From the NCBI RefSeq assembly GCF_963921235.1, contig NC_086107.1, positions 97,404,001 through 97,468,000 of the forward strand: a stretch of DNA of 64,000 nucleotides, read 5' to 3'. Source of the DNA: Mobula hypostoma (taxonomy: Eukaryota). Below are positions 51,993-64,000 of the stretch, piece after piece. The position numbers and the translations under genes are program-made. The stretch's first letter is position 1. Every line of letters starts with the position of its first letter. The notes under the pieces are model-generated. The model saw only the letters and a program-made list of their open reading frames with translations, had not been told where the DNA came from and searched no databases.

Positions 51993-53799
51993 GAGAGTAT
52001 TTTTCACTGCCTTCGTAAAGCAGCCAATAGAATTAACCGTCCCTTCCACTCCAGTCATTCCCTTTTCTGCATAACCCCACCAGACAGGAATCAGAATCAG
52101 GTTTAATATCACCAGCACATGTTGCAAAATTTGTTAGTTTTGTGACAGCAGTATAATGATAATAGAGAGAAAAAGAAAATTGTGAATTACAGTAAGGATA
52201 CATATATTAAGTAATTAAATTAAATAAGTTGTCACAATCCATGGATTTGGCAGTGCAGCAGATACAGCAATTGCGCTTGTGAATTTGCACGTATCAGCTA
52301 ATGATTATTTACTTGTGATAGTATTTAACTCCATACTTGTCCTCGTAGCACTTGTTGAGACTTGGACAGAGCACAGCAACGCTTCGCTGCCTGTTCGCTT
52401 TCGGCCTTCCCTGAGGAAATTGGACTTCCGAGTCAACTGACTCCAAAGACCAGCAGTATTCGTTTAATGTTTAGATTTTCGGTGTAGATTACTATTACCA
52501 GGTTCGGGTATGGCCCAAGTGTGGGGTGAGAGACACTGAAGCAGGTCGATAGTTCATAAACTTTACTGTGAGCAGGGTTAAAAGGGAAAGTAAGCAATAA
52601 ACGCTAGGCCAGAAAGGGCCGTTAACTAAAACTCTCAAATGGGAAACGAAGCCTGTACTGCAGAGGTTCAGTTATCAGCTCTGGACAGGCACATTACCGG
52701 AGATTTCATTACAAGCCCTTTACTTGTCCGGCCTCCAAACGACTGCCATTGGCTAGCCAACACATTGTGACATCTGCACCTTCACTGTTCCATCCAGTCA
52801 ACCTTTGTCCCATATTTTTACAACTAAATACAGGAGTGACAGAAATCGAAATAACATGCAAAAAAAGGTTATTTTAACGTTTGTCCTGCTTTTGTGTCGC
52901 CTGGATTGTACTCCAAGCAAAAGTCCAAAAGATTAATCGCCTGTGAGGATTCTGGTCAGTCCGAGGGAGATGTTAGAGAACTGAAGCAAGTCTGAGTGCA
53001 GACCTGATACGGTGTCAGATCAGAGCCATGGCTTCCCGCGACTGCAGAATCACTCAGGGGGTGGCCTGTAATCCTTGATAAATTTAAGCAGGTAAGTCAA
53101 TCTCCCCACTCATTGTCTGCACAGTCGGACTGGGTTAGCACTGGAAGTGATCACAAATCCACCTCTTACACCCACCACAGGGGTAGCAGACAATTGTTCC
53201 ATTCCCTGGTTCCCAAAATTACACACGAGGGAAGTAAACTCTACAGTTCTCAACATATCATCCCTCTCATTACCAGACCTCCCAATCTCACCAACGGCAT
53301 TCCAACAAACAGGTCCATCCCCCCTCATCGGTCCTTCCTTATCATTGGTTCCTCCCTCTCACTGTCTCCTCCCAAGACTGGTTTATCTCCCTTCCCATCA
53401 CCGGTTCTTCTCCCTCACTGGTCCCTCCCCATCACTGCTCCCTCTCCCACACGGGTCCTTCCCCAAGACTGGTATATCACCCTCTCCATCACCAGTCTGC
53501 TTCTTCTCCCTCACAGGTCCTACCCTTTGATGATTCCCCCCATCACTGATCCCTCTCCACTATGTATCACTCTCCCTCATTCTCCCTGTTTCCCCCACTC
53601 CTGCAGCAGTCTGTGAAGCTGACTATAATTGTTAAGTCCTGATGAAGCATCTCGGCCTGAGACTCTTTTCCTCGATGCTGCCTGACCTGCTGAGTTCCTC
53701 CAGCATTGTGATTGTGTGTGTGTTGCTTGGATTTCCAGATTTCCTCTTGTTTGTAATTGTTGTCTGATCACTAAGACACGGAGTTTTGAGTGCTGTAAA

Positions 53800-53931
53800 T
53801 AGCTTTAGCTTGAGATGATCTGACTGTAATTGATCTGGTCCCTGTCCACCATCAACCCCAGGACACCACAGGACAGCTGGCGAGGCAGCAGTACCCCGTC
53901 GACCAGGGCACCTCACAGGCCAGCTGGAGAA
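53800..53931 (-). pseudogene. GREB1-family relic exon
   Basis: From a phase-2 acceptor, SPAGL*GALVDGVLLPRQLSCGVLGLMV aligns without gaps to recalled [28 protein letters not shown] (S, L-I/V-D, L-x-R, V/L-G-L). Confidence 0.6.
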
Positions 53932-54524
53932 CTGTCGTTACAGCACAGGAAGGGTGTGAACACATCGGAGAGGGGCAGAGGAGATTCCCCAGGATGATTC
54001 CATGGATGATTTCTTCAGTTTTGAAGAGAGACCGGAGAGGCCGAGTTTGTTTTCCTTGGAGAAGAGGAGGCTGAGTGGGGTACAAAATTACGGGGCGTAG
54101 ACCAGGCAGACCACGAGAGGCTTTTCCCTATGACAGAGGTGTCTAACACCGGAGTGTGTCGGCTTATGATGAGGAGTACAAGGCTTTGAGGGGACCTGAG
54201 GAAGAATTTTCTCACCTGGAGGGTGGGTTAGAACACTGTACACACTGCCTGAGGGGTGGGTTGCTCATAGTTTTTCAATAGTATCCAGGCGCTTGAATCT
54301 ACCGAGGGAGAGAAGGCTGTGGACCAAGTGTTGGTGAATAGGAGTAGTGTAGGTGGGTACCTGATGGTCAGCAGAGGCATGGTGGGCCGAACAGTCTTGT
54401 TTCCATGAGTCTATGACCCTGTGACACAGTGATCTAACCTTCCCGTCTCCCGTCCCATTCCCCGCCCTCCTTTTCTGTCTCGGTTCAAACTTCTCATTCC
54501 TTTCTGTCACCTCCATCTCCCTTT

Positions 54525-55182
54525 TCTTCCCCAGGAGGGAGGAGAAGTTGGCGGCGCGACGCAGCGCGCACAGCCGTTCCGAATGATATTGTATCTGTAA
54601 AGTAGGATGCCGTGCACAATCCTGATTTGATAGAGACAGACATGAAGAAGCACGGAGGAACATCTGGAGTAACTTCTGAAATGCCCGCTTCGCTGCCACT
54701 GCGACTGCGCGATCGAGAATCTCTGGAGAGAAGGCCCCAAATCCTCGGCCTTGCCAATTGCCTGTTGCCGGGGCCAGGGTCGAAAGGCTCAGCAGAGATG
54801 ATGCTCGGTGCTCGGTGTCGGAGAGCTGGTTGGAGGCTCGGAGCTTTCGGACAGACTCGGAGTCGGACTGTGGTCGGATGCTTCCAGGATGCTGCATCGG
54901 CAAGTTTGCGGCGCTGGAGGTTCACCGTCTGCGTGATTTGATGGGACTTTCGAGTGACTCTCTGACATTACCGTGCCCATGGTCTGTTCTTATCAAATTA
55001 GAGTATTACTTTGCACTGTTGTAACTATATGTTATAATTACGTGGTTTTGTCAGTTTTTCAGTCTTGGTTTGTCATGTGTCTCTGTGATATCATTCTGGA
55101 AAAACATTGTATCATTTTTTAATGCATGCATTACTAAATGACGTTAAAAGAGGACCGAGTGTCCTCATAATCTAATCTAATC
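54525..55182 (+). mobile_element. Young CpG-rich non-autonomous retroelement with (TAATC)n tail
   Basis: The 3' end ATGCATGCATTACTAAATGAC...GTCCTCATAATCTAA recurs at about 56560-56635. CpG density is high and there is no coding capacity. Confidence 0.6.
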
Positions 55183-55223
55183 ACCTCTCCCTCAGGATGG
55201 GTAAATCTGCTCCCAGTACTCAC

Positions 55224-55350
55224 TTTCTTTGCTCTGGAGACTTATCAATGGGCCATTTTCTGGGAGAGATGCATTGTGGGATGTGTGCCCTTCCATTATT
55301 GCTCCTCTCTCAGGAATGACAGTTTCTCTAGCCTGCAGAGTTCTCCAAAC
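55224..55350 (-). pseudogene. GREB1-family relic exon
   Basis: tgtctctgcag| ... |gtgagt, 127 nt. Reads VWRTLQARETVIPERGAIMEGHTSHNASLPENGPL vs recalled [33 protein letters not shown]. Confidence 0.65.
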
Positions 55351-55850
55351 CTGCAGAGACACAGCAACTCTTGAGACTCCCATTTGAAATTAGGATGAGG
55401 GGAGGGTTACAGAACCAAGAGGGTGTGATGTAGAGCAGCTGTACTGTACTTGAATGGTTAGAAGGGATCAGAAGACCTCTTCCTCTTCCAGTGGGAAATC
55501 CACTCAGGTGGAACCCTGTGGCCAACCTGATGCTGGGCAGAGTTTTACATCCACAAGATCATCGCCTCCTGTCTCCAGAACTCCCATACTCAGCGTTTTG
55601 CACCTCTTTACAGTCCAGAATGGAACTCAACCCTTGCTCTCCACCTTTCACACTCATCAAGCCACAAGGTGTCTCTGCCAGTTAAATCTAACTTGTTTTC
55701 TCTTTCCCAGTCTCGACAAAGAGTCTTTGACATGGAATATCAACTGCTTCTTTCTCGACAGCAGCTGCCTGGCCCACAGCATTTTCAGGTTTGGCGTTTG
55801 AAGATTGTTTGCGCCATTGGCATCTTTGAGACAGTGTTATTAACTGTCCC

Positions 55851-56030
55851 ATTACCCAGAATGTTCCCCATTGCCCGGGAATGTCTTTCCCCGTTCCGAC
55901 ATTATTCCTGTTCCCTGCACCTGTTCCACGCATTTATGATCGTAGCGTCTCTCTGCATGAGAAGCCTCTCCTCATCTCTCCGAACTCCTCCAGTCTCGAA
56001 GCTCTAGTTGCCAATCTGGTTGTCTGGGAC
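55851..56030 (-). pseudogene. GREB1-family relic segment
   Basis: VPDNQI...ERLLMQRD vs recalled VPSVQLAMLAKERLQEVRD, with in-frame stops and longer spacing. Confidence 0.5.
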
Positions 56031-57309
56031 CACAGCCTTCCTTTCCATCTCACAGCACAGTACAGCACAGTATGGACCTTTTGGCCCTTGATGCTGTGCC
56101 AACTCATTATTTATTTAGAGACACAACACAGTAACAGGTCCTTCCTGTTACACACACATGACCAATTAACCTACTAACCTGTACGCCTTTGGAAACTGGG
56201 AGGAAACCAAAGCACATGGAGGAAACCCACATGGTCAGGGGGAGAGTGTACAAACTTCCAGACAGCGGGCAGAATTGAACCAGGATCACTGGATCTGCGA
56301 TAGTGTTGCACTAACTGCCTCACTACTGTGCTCCTCCGTGATCAGTCTAAACCCTTTCCTTCCACATAGCCCTCTATTTACCTATCTAAGAGTCTCTTAA
56401 ATGTCCCTAATGTATCTGCCTCTACCACCACCCCCGGTAGTGTGATCCCTGCCCCTTCCACTTTCTTTGTAAAAAACTTACCTCTGATATCTCCCCTATG
56501 CTTTCATCTCACCCCAATCCATCCAATCCCAGGATAATCTTTCAAAATCTTTCACACCGGAGGAATATTGTATCATTTCTTAATGCATGCATTACTAAAT
56601 GACAATAAAAGAGGACTGTGTGTCCTCATAATCTAAAAAAAAATCAGAGATGATCTTGATGGTACACCATGCCAACACCCATCACGCGTCGTCATGTCAA
56701 CAGCTGCAACTAGAGATGAGGCACCTCACTGCTGTGGGATCTTGCTGTGTTTCCGATGACCCTTGCCTTTCCTATATAACCCCACCCCCCTGGTCCCTGG
56801 ACTTCACCCTGTGCCTGACTGACTGCGAAGTGCCTGTGTCTTCTGAGGGTCAGTAACATCTCCCCACGACACAAGAGATTCTGCGAATGCTGGAAATCTT
56901 GAGCAACCCCCACGCACACTGGAGGAACTCGGCAGGTCGGGCAGCATCTATGGAGAGAAATAAACAGTTGACGTGTCAGGCCCCAATGAAGTTGGAATAC
57001 CAAATGGTCATGTCCCTCCATAGACTAGCACATCCAGCATTTACTGTGTTTTGTTCAGTATCTCTCTGTTTTTCTATTCCTAGATGGTAGTTTTTTTGAA
57101 ATTTTACACCTCTGTGTAGGTGATAATCCTACTGTGAGTAATTTCCCCAGCCCTCCTCTCACTGAGGGTGTCTACCTCTATCAGTGTATCTATGCCAGTT
57201 GTTTCTGGTGCTGGAAACAATGTACGTCTTGCTCTGTACCCCCCCCCACTGTGACACAGAGACGTCAGCTCGTGTTTGTCTGATAGAGTGGTGTCCCAGG
57301 GACTAATGA

Positions 57310-57480
57310 GTCTCCTACTGGGCCCAGTGACAAGATCCATTACCCTCATCCGCCGTGCACACAGTCTCGCGGGCAGGGAGGGGGGGGCTGGTCTCATCTC
57401 TGCCGGGCTGCCGCGCGGCGGGCAGGAGCAAACCGCCACTCAACCACGACCTCCTCAACAAACCCGGCAGGTTAACGAGG
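57310..57480 (-). pseudogene. GREB1-family relic segment
   Basis: LPGL...PARETVCTADE and, in a shifted frame, VMDLVTGP vs recalled YPRL...TPETLSIMDDLISSP. Confidence 0.4.
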
Positions 57481-57631
57481 TGGCCAGGCCGCCTTACGGT
57501 ACATGCGTCAGTCGCCGTCTGCGGGAGCCCATGCAATCACACGGCCCAAGCTGCGACTCCGAGGAAAGGCCCTGTCCGCCTGCCAGTGTAGTGATAGAGA
57601 GAACCGCGAGTCATTATCGAGCCGAATATTG

Positions 57632-58165
57632 ACCCATGATAGAGCCTAATGGCGCAGGGTAAGAATGACCTCATATAGAGGTCTTTGGAGCAGCACAGTT
57701 GTCCTAGTCTATTATAGAAAGTGCTCCCCTGTTTAGCCAAGGGGGCATGCACAGGGTGAGAAACATTGTCCAGAATTGCTGATTTTTCTTCTTCCACAGC
57801 CTCCAGTGTGTCCACTTCGACTCCTATAACAGCGCCGGCCTTTCTAACCAGTTTATTGAGCCATTGATGCCATTGCCCCAGCACAGCACCGCAGAGAAGA
57901 ATGTACTGGCGACAACAGACTGGTAGAACATGTGAAGGAGAGGCCTGCGTACTCCAAAGGACCTCAGTCTCCTCAGGAAGTAGAGGTGACTCTGACTCTT
58001 CTTGTACACAGTCTCTGTGATGCTGCTCAACTCAAGTCTGTCATCCAGGTGCACCCCCAGCTACTTGTAGGTCCTCACCATCAATAGTAACCGGGAGCAG
58101 TGCAGGTTTAGTTCTTCCTAAAGTCCATCACCATCTCCTTTGTCTTACTAATGTTGAGCTACAGA
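57632..58165 (-). mobile_element. Rex1/Babar LINE RT C-terminal fragment
   Basis: HLDDRLE...LYFLRRLRSFGV...FYQSVVAS. Confidence 0.85.
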
Positions 58166-58194
58166 TGATTCCTCTCATTGTTATAATGATTACA

Positions 58195-58678
58195 ATGAAC
58201 GTAGATTACAAGATCCTGTCCGAGGCTATCGCCAACAGGGTCAAGTCTGCTCTGGGACAGGTGATCCACCCAGACCAAACCTGTGCTGTACCAGGCAGGA
58301 AGATCTCAGACAGCCTCGCGCTGCTGAGGGACACCATCGCCTACGTGCAGGACAGGGGGGTGGACGCCTGCCTGGTCAGCTCGGACCAGGAGAAACCCTT
58401 CGACAGGATATCGCACACGTACATGGCAGACTTGCTCTCCAAAATGGGATTTGGGGAGGGAATCCGGAATTGGATCAGACTGCTCTACACAGACATCCGT
58501 AGTGCAGTCCAGGTCAACGGATGGGAAACAGACAGCTTCCCCATCAGGTCTGGAGTCAGGCAGGGCTGTCCCCTCTCCCCTGTCTTGTTTGTCTGCTGCA
58601 TAGAACCCTTTGCGGAAGCCATCAGGAGGGATGAGGGCATAAGAGGGGTGACGCTGCCAGGCAGTGGAGGGACCCAAG
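58195..58678 (+). mobile_element. Tx1/L1-clade RT fragment, uninterrupted
   Basis: NVDYKILS...DQTCAVPGR...DQEKPFDRISH...GVRQGCPLSP. Confidence 0.92.
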
Positions 58679-59151
58679 TGTGTGTGTGAGACTGTGTATG
58701 TGTTTGTGTGTATGTATGTATGTGTGTGTGTGTGTTTCTGTGTGTGTGTGTGTGAGACCCTGTGTGTGTATGTGTGGGTGCGTGTGTATGTGTTTGTGTG
58801 TGTGTGTATGCATGTGTATGTGTTTGTATGTGAGTGAGTGTGTGTGTGCGACTGTATCTGTGTGTGTATGTATGTGTGTTTGTGTGTGTGTGAGACTGTT
58901 TGCATGTGTGTGCGTGCACGTATGTGTGTGTGTGTGTGTGTGCGTCTGTGTGTGTGACTCTCTGTCTGTGTATACAGTATGTGTGTGACTGTGTGTCTAT
59001 GTGTGTGTATGTGTTTGTGTCTGTGTGTCTGTATGCATGTGAGTGAGTGAGTGTGTGTGTGACTGTATCTGTGTGTGTGTGTGTGTGTGTGTGTGACTGT
59101 GTCTATATGTGTGTGACTCTGTGTGTGTTTGTGTGTGCCACTGTGTCTATA

Positions 59152-59184
<33 letters not shown>

Positions 59185-59210
59185 CTGAGAGAGAGTGTGA
59201 GTGTGTGAGT

Positions 59211-59250
<40 letters not shown>

Positions 59251-59266
59251 CTGAGAGAGTGTGAGT

Positions 59267-59319
<53 letters not shown>

Positions 59320-59320
59320 T
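58677..59320. repeat. Compound (TG)n/(GA)n microsatellite
   Basis: Seen directly. A smaller TG-rich tract lies at about 12740-12990. Confidence 0.95.
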
Positions 59321-59366
59321 GACTTCACCACGGGCCCTTTGTTCACTACTCCTGGCTGCCACTCAC

Positions 59367-59519
59367 CCTGTCGGTGCTGCTTTCCACATTAATTATGGAT
59401 CAAACCCGCTGCAGTACATAGAAGCCGACAATTAATCGAGCACAGACTCTCCTCGTGAGAGGACATCTCGTCCAGCAAAGCTCTCAGCCGCTGAAGTCCA
59501 AAAGGAGAATCGATGCACT
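59367..59519 (-). pseudogene. GREB1-family relic exon (FGL...I..LL segment)
   Basis: ttttttatcgacag| ... |gtgagt, 153 nt. Reads CIDSPFGLQRLRALLDEMSSHEESLCSINCRLLCTAAGLIHN*CGKQHRQ vs recalled GREB1L [31 protein letters not shown]. One in-frame TAA. Confidence 0.55.
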
Positions 59520-59592
59520 CTGTCGATAAAAAATACTAAAACCATTTTAATTGTGTTCCCAGTTTGCCCCCATCCCCACCCACACCCCCTAC

Positions 59593-61220
59593 AGTTTACA
59601 GACATGCTAAGAGCAAAAGGATTGCAAGGGATAAAATTAGTCCTCTGGAAGATCAGGATGGTAATCAACGTGTGGGGCCAGAAGAGATGGGGGAGATGGT
59701 AAATGGATTTTCTGCATCTGTATTTACTCAGGAGGTGGGCACAGAGTCTATGGACGTGAGGCAAAGCATCAGCGAGGTCATGGACCCGAAACAGATTACA
59801 GAGGAGGAGGTGTTTGCTGTCTTGAGCCAAGTTAAGGTGGATAAATCCCCAGGGCCTGACAAAGTGTTCCCTTGGACCCTGCGGGAGGCATGTGTAGAAA
59901 TTACAGAGGCCCTAGCAGAGATATTTAAATCATCCTTGGCAACAGGTGAGGTACTGGGGGATTGGAGGCTAGCTAATGTTGTCCCACTGTTTAAGAAAGG
60001 CCCTAAAATAAACCAGGATATTATAGGCTGGTGAACCTGACATCAGTAATGGGAAGTTATTGGAAAATATTCTAAGGGACCAAATATATGAGTATTTGGA
60101 TAGACATGGACTTATTGGGAATAGTCAGTATGGTTTTGTGCTTGGTAGCTTGTGTCTAATCAAACCTGTAGAGTTTTTTGAAGAAGTTAGCAGAAAAGTT
60201 GATGAAGGCAAAGCAGTAGATGTTGTCTACATGGACTTAAGCAAAGCATTTCACAAGGTCCCACATGAAAGGTTGGTCTAGAAGTTTCAGTCGTTTGGCA
60301 GTCAAAATGAGGCAGTAAATTGGATTAGCCATTGGCTTTGCGGGAGAAGCCAGAGAGTGGTAGTAGATGGTTGTCTCTCTGACTGGAGGCCTGTGACTAG
60401 TGGAGGGCCGCAGGGATCGGTGCTGGGTCCATTGTTGTTTGTCACCTATATCAATGATTTGGATGATAACGTGGTTAACAGGATCGGCAGATTTTCAGAT
60501 GACACCAAGACTGGGGGGTTTAGTGAATAGCGAGGAGGACAATCAGAGTTTGCAGCGGGATCTGGACCAGCTGGAAAAATGGGCTGGGAAATGGCAGATG
60601 GACTTTAATGAGGACACATGTGAGGTTTTGCACTTTGATAGAACTAAACAGGGTAGGTCTTACGCAGTGAATGGTAGGGCACTGAGGAGTGTGGTAGAAC
60701 AAATGGATCTGGGAGTACAGGTCCATAATTTATTGAAAGTGGCATAAAGTTGTAAAGAAAGATTTTGGCACAATGGCCTTCACAAATCCAAGTACTGAGT
60801 ACAGGAGATGAGATGTTATGTTAAAGTGTATAAGATGTTGGCGAGGCCTAATTTGGAGTATTATGTGCAATTTTGGTCACCTACGTACAGGAAAGATGTA
60901 AATAATGCTGAAAGACTACTGGTAAAATTTACAAGGATGTTGTTAGGCCTACAGGCCTGAGTTATAAGGAAAGATTAAACAGGATAGGACCTTATTCCTT
61001 GGGACATAGAAGACTGAGGAGAGATTTGATAGAGGTATACAAAATTATGAGGGGTATAGGTAGGGTAAAATGCAAGCAGGCATTTTCCACAGAGGCTGGG
61101 TGGGGGTACAACTAGAGATCATGGGTTAAGGGCGAAAGGTAAAGAGTTTAAGTATGGCATGAGGGAAGACTTCTTCACTCAGAGGGTCATGAGAGTGTGG
61201 AATGAGTTGCCAGCCAATAT
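59593..61220 (+). mobile_element. CR1 ORF2 (RT) fragment, decayed
   Basis: DKSPGPD, WRLANVVPLFKKG, VDVVYMDLSKAF motifs. Confidence 0.9.
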
Positions 61221-61857
61221 GAGTCTCTATGACTCCATGTCATGTAAAACTTTGACAAACTTATATAGATGTGTTGTGGAAAGCATACTGACTGGTGGTA
61301 TCACAGCCTGGTATGGAAGCACCAACATCTTTGAACTGAAAAGCCTATAAAAAGTCATGGATACGATGAGGTCCATCAAGTGTAAAACTTTCTCCACTAT
61401 TAAGCACATCAGCACTAAGCAGGTTGCAGGAAAGCAGCATCCATCACCAAGGATGCCACCAAACAGGCCATGCTGTCTCCTCGTTGCTGCCCTCAGGAAG
61501 GTGATACCAGGAGCCTCAGGACTAACACCACCGGGTTCAGGAACAATTATTACCCCCCACCATCAGGCTTTTGAATCAGTGGGAATAACTTCACTCACCC
61601 CGTCACTGAACTGCTCCCACAACCTATGGACTCACTTTCAAGGACTCTTCATCTCATGTTCTCAATATTTATTGCTTATTTATTTATAATAATTGTTTTT
61701 TTTTTGCATTTGCACAGGTTGTAGCCTTTTGCACGTGGGTAGATGTGTGTGTTTTTTCATTGATTCTATGGTGTCTCTTTGTATCTACTGGGAATTCTTG
61801 CAAGGCAATGGATCTCAGAGTTGTACTTTGGCAATAAATTTACTTTGAACTTTGAGA

Positions 61858-62725
61858 CTAGTCCACTGGAATTCCAGTTGGGAAGAGTGAAGAGGAGGGA
61901 ATTGGTCCACTGGGATTCCATTCACTGGAGTGAAGGAGAGGGAATTCATCTAATAAGCATGAAAGAGTTCAGACAAAGTTTACACAGATGTTCCCAGAAC
62001 TTGAGTATCTGAGTTGTAGAGAAAGGTTGAATTGGCTACGACTTTCATTCCTAGAGTGTAGGAGAATGAGAGGAGTTTTGACAGATCCATGTAAAATTAT
62101 AAGGGTATAGATCGGGTTAATGCAGGCAGGTTGTTCTTCCCCTGAGGTTGGGTGAGACTAGAACTAGAGGTCTTGAGTTAAGGGTGAAAGGTGAAATATT
62201 GAATGGAAACCTGAGGGGGAACATCTTCACTCAGGGGGTGTTGCAAGAATGGGATGAGCTGCCGGAGGAAGCGGTGAATGCAGATACAAGTTTGGATGAG
62301 TATATGGACAGGAAGACTATGGTGGGCTATGGCCCAGCTGTGGGTCAATGTATCTAGGCAGAATAGCAGTTTGGCCTGGGTTAGATGGGCTGAAGGGTCT
62401 ATTTCTGTGCTATACTGCTCTATGACTCTATTGAAATTCTTTTCGATGGGAGTGAATGGGAGGAAATTAATCGATTGGAATTTCATTTAGTGGGGGGGGG
62501 GGGGAGGGGTGATGAAAGGAAATTGGTCCGATTGGAATTCTACTTGATGGGAGTGAATTGGAGATTGGTCCCATTACAACTGGATCAAGTGAGAGTGAAT
62601 GGGAGCTGACTGATCCATTGCGATCCATTCAATGAGATTGAAGAGGAGGGAAACGATCCACTGGAGTTCTATTCACTGGGAGTGCATGGGGGGAACTTGG
62701 TGCAGTGGAACTCTCTGTAACTGCA
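61858..62725. repeat. Degenerate ~42-bp minisatellite split by a CR1 3' fragment (about 61965-62430)
   Basis: Units resembling GTCCACTGGAATTC...GGGAGTGAA..GGAATTG occur on both sides of the CR1. Confidence 0.65.
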
Positions 62726-64000
62726 GTGAGTGTGTGGGGACTTGCCTTGTGACTTGACTCCACCGAGAGGCTGAGCAGGGTACAGTGGGGCACGTTTGGG
62801 TAGGAGCACTAGGACCCAGCAGGTGTCTGCATGTAACAGAAGCTCTGGGTGATATGTTGTTAGATACATCACCCTGACAACCTGTTCCCATGCTATTTTT
62901 ACAACTCATTTCACTTTATATTTTACAAAAAGTCTAGTGCTAATGCTGTCACTAGAAGTAATTTTCATTGTGTGTGAGAATGTGTGAGTTTGCTGATAAT
63001 TAAAATTTAATTTCCCCGGATAATTACAATAAAACTTTAAAGAGTGAGAACGCAACTTTGCACTCCTCTTCCTCTCCGAGCCCGTGAGCATGGCCTACAG
63101 GTACAGCCAGAGGGACGACCTCCTCTGCTGTTAGGTCACTTTCACCCAAGATATGTGTAAGGCTGATCTGAAAGGAGAGTGCCAATCATACAGCACAGAA
63201 AGGAGCCACTCTGCCCACCACCTTGGGCTAGACCTTCGAGAGACCTGTTCAACCTGCCCCATTGCCCTGCTCCTTCTCCTTCAGCTTCCAACATTCTGAT
63301 TTCCACTTTCCAACAGGGAATAAACCCCAAATTGTGCAGAGGCTTAGTCTCAGAGGATGCCCCTTTCCCAGAGAGTAACAGTCCCAATGGGAGAAGCTCC
63401 CAAACCCGGGCACAGATGCCAATTCACACATAAAGTGCTGGAGGAGCTCAGCAGGCCAGGCAACACCTATGCAAAAGAGTACAGCCGACTGTTCACCCTT
63501 TTCCGTGGATGCTGCCTGGCCTGCAGAGCTCCTACAGCAATTTGTGTGCGTGGCTTGGACTTCCAGCATCTGCAGGTTTTCTCTTGCTTGCAAACGGATG
63601 CCAAGCTCCTGCAGCAGGAGCTGGGATTGGACGCCATCCCAGCCCGGAAGCAGAAATCTGCTATCATTAGTCCAAGCCAAGGGGATAGGCTCGATATTTC
63701 CAGTTACTCCCCCCGATTGATCCAGGCATGGTTCAGAGCCTTGAGTTAGGGGGTCCATGGGTACTTGGAGAATAGTTCAAGTAACCCTATAAAACAGAAT
63801 AAAAAGGAAGAAGGAAGTGTTGGAAACAGAGACCAAGGTATTTTGCAGATGACACAAAGTTGGTAGAGTTGTGGACAGTGTAAAGGACATAGCAGGATGC
63901 AGATATGGACAGAGAAGTGGCAGATGGAGTTTAATTTGAGCATATATGTATGGTGTAGCACTTTTGGGAGGTCAAAGGTAAGGAGGAGGGTATACAGTTA

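Larger units (their letters stand above)
25690..63740 (-). pseudogene. Decayed, intron-containing GREB1/GREB1L-family gene (C-terminal half; probably continues beyond the window end)
   Basis: At least 11 exon-like islands match recalled GREB1/GREB1L motifs in the correct order (listed individually). Many have canonical ag| acceptors. Most contain in-frame stops or frameshifts. Confidence 0.72.

Noticed and set aside
53046..53096. + strand ATG and strong donor CAG|gtaagt
   Set aside because: The frame closes before the donor and no partner exon was found.
58306..59346. 346-aa His/Thr-rich ORF and similar ORFs at 12581-13042 and 13560-14115
   Set aside because: They are translations of microsatellite or low-complexity repeats.
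63050..63170. Dynein-like 'W.KV...WLYL' and kinase-like 'ALNHAWI' (near 63730) snippets
   Set aside because: Isolated short matches with no collinear support. These islands (63168 acceptor; 63590-63740) may be further relic exons, but I could not align them confidently.
24000..64000. SREBF2 3' exons expected from human synteny
   Set aside because: No SREBF2-like peptide was recognised on either strand.

Overview
Repeat-rich vertebrate genomic DNA. The repeat landscape (CR1, Penelope-like pLTRs, V-SINEs, Rex1/Babar) suggests a cartilaginous fish, probably a ray; this is an inference. The + strand carries the last two coding exons of a SHISA8-like (SHISA6-9/CKAMP family) gene at 15061-15210 and 23642-23991, ending in the PDZ ligand TNSKTEVTV. 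About 1.7 kb past its stop, on the - strand, is the main unexpected signal. A series of unique-sequence islands from about 63.7 kb down to about 25.7 kb, many with splice sites, translate into motifs collinear with the C-terminal half of GREB1/GREB1L but broken by stops and frameshifts. This looks like a heavily diverged, unprocessed GREB1-family pseudogene that the ORF track does not show. Alignments were made by eye against recalled human sequences and need tBLASTn/HMM confirmation. The rest is nested transposons: a near full-length CR1 forming a ~390-bp foldback, an R4/Dong-type LINE, Tx1 and Rex1 fragments, Penelope pLTRs with hammerhead-ribozyme motifs, a hAT element with an 8-bp TSD, Tc1 and Harbinger relics, and minisatellites.
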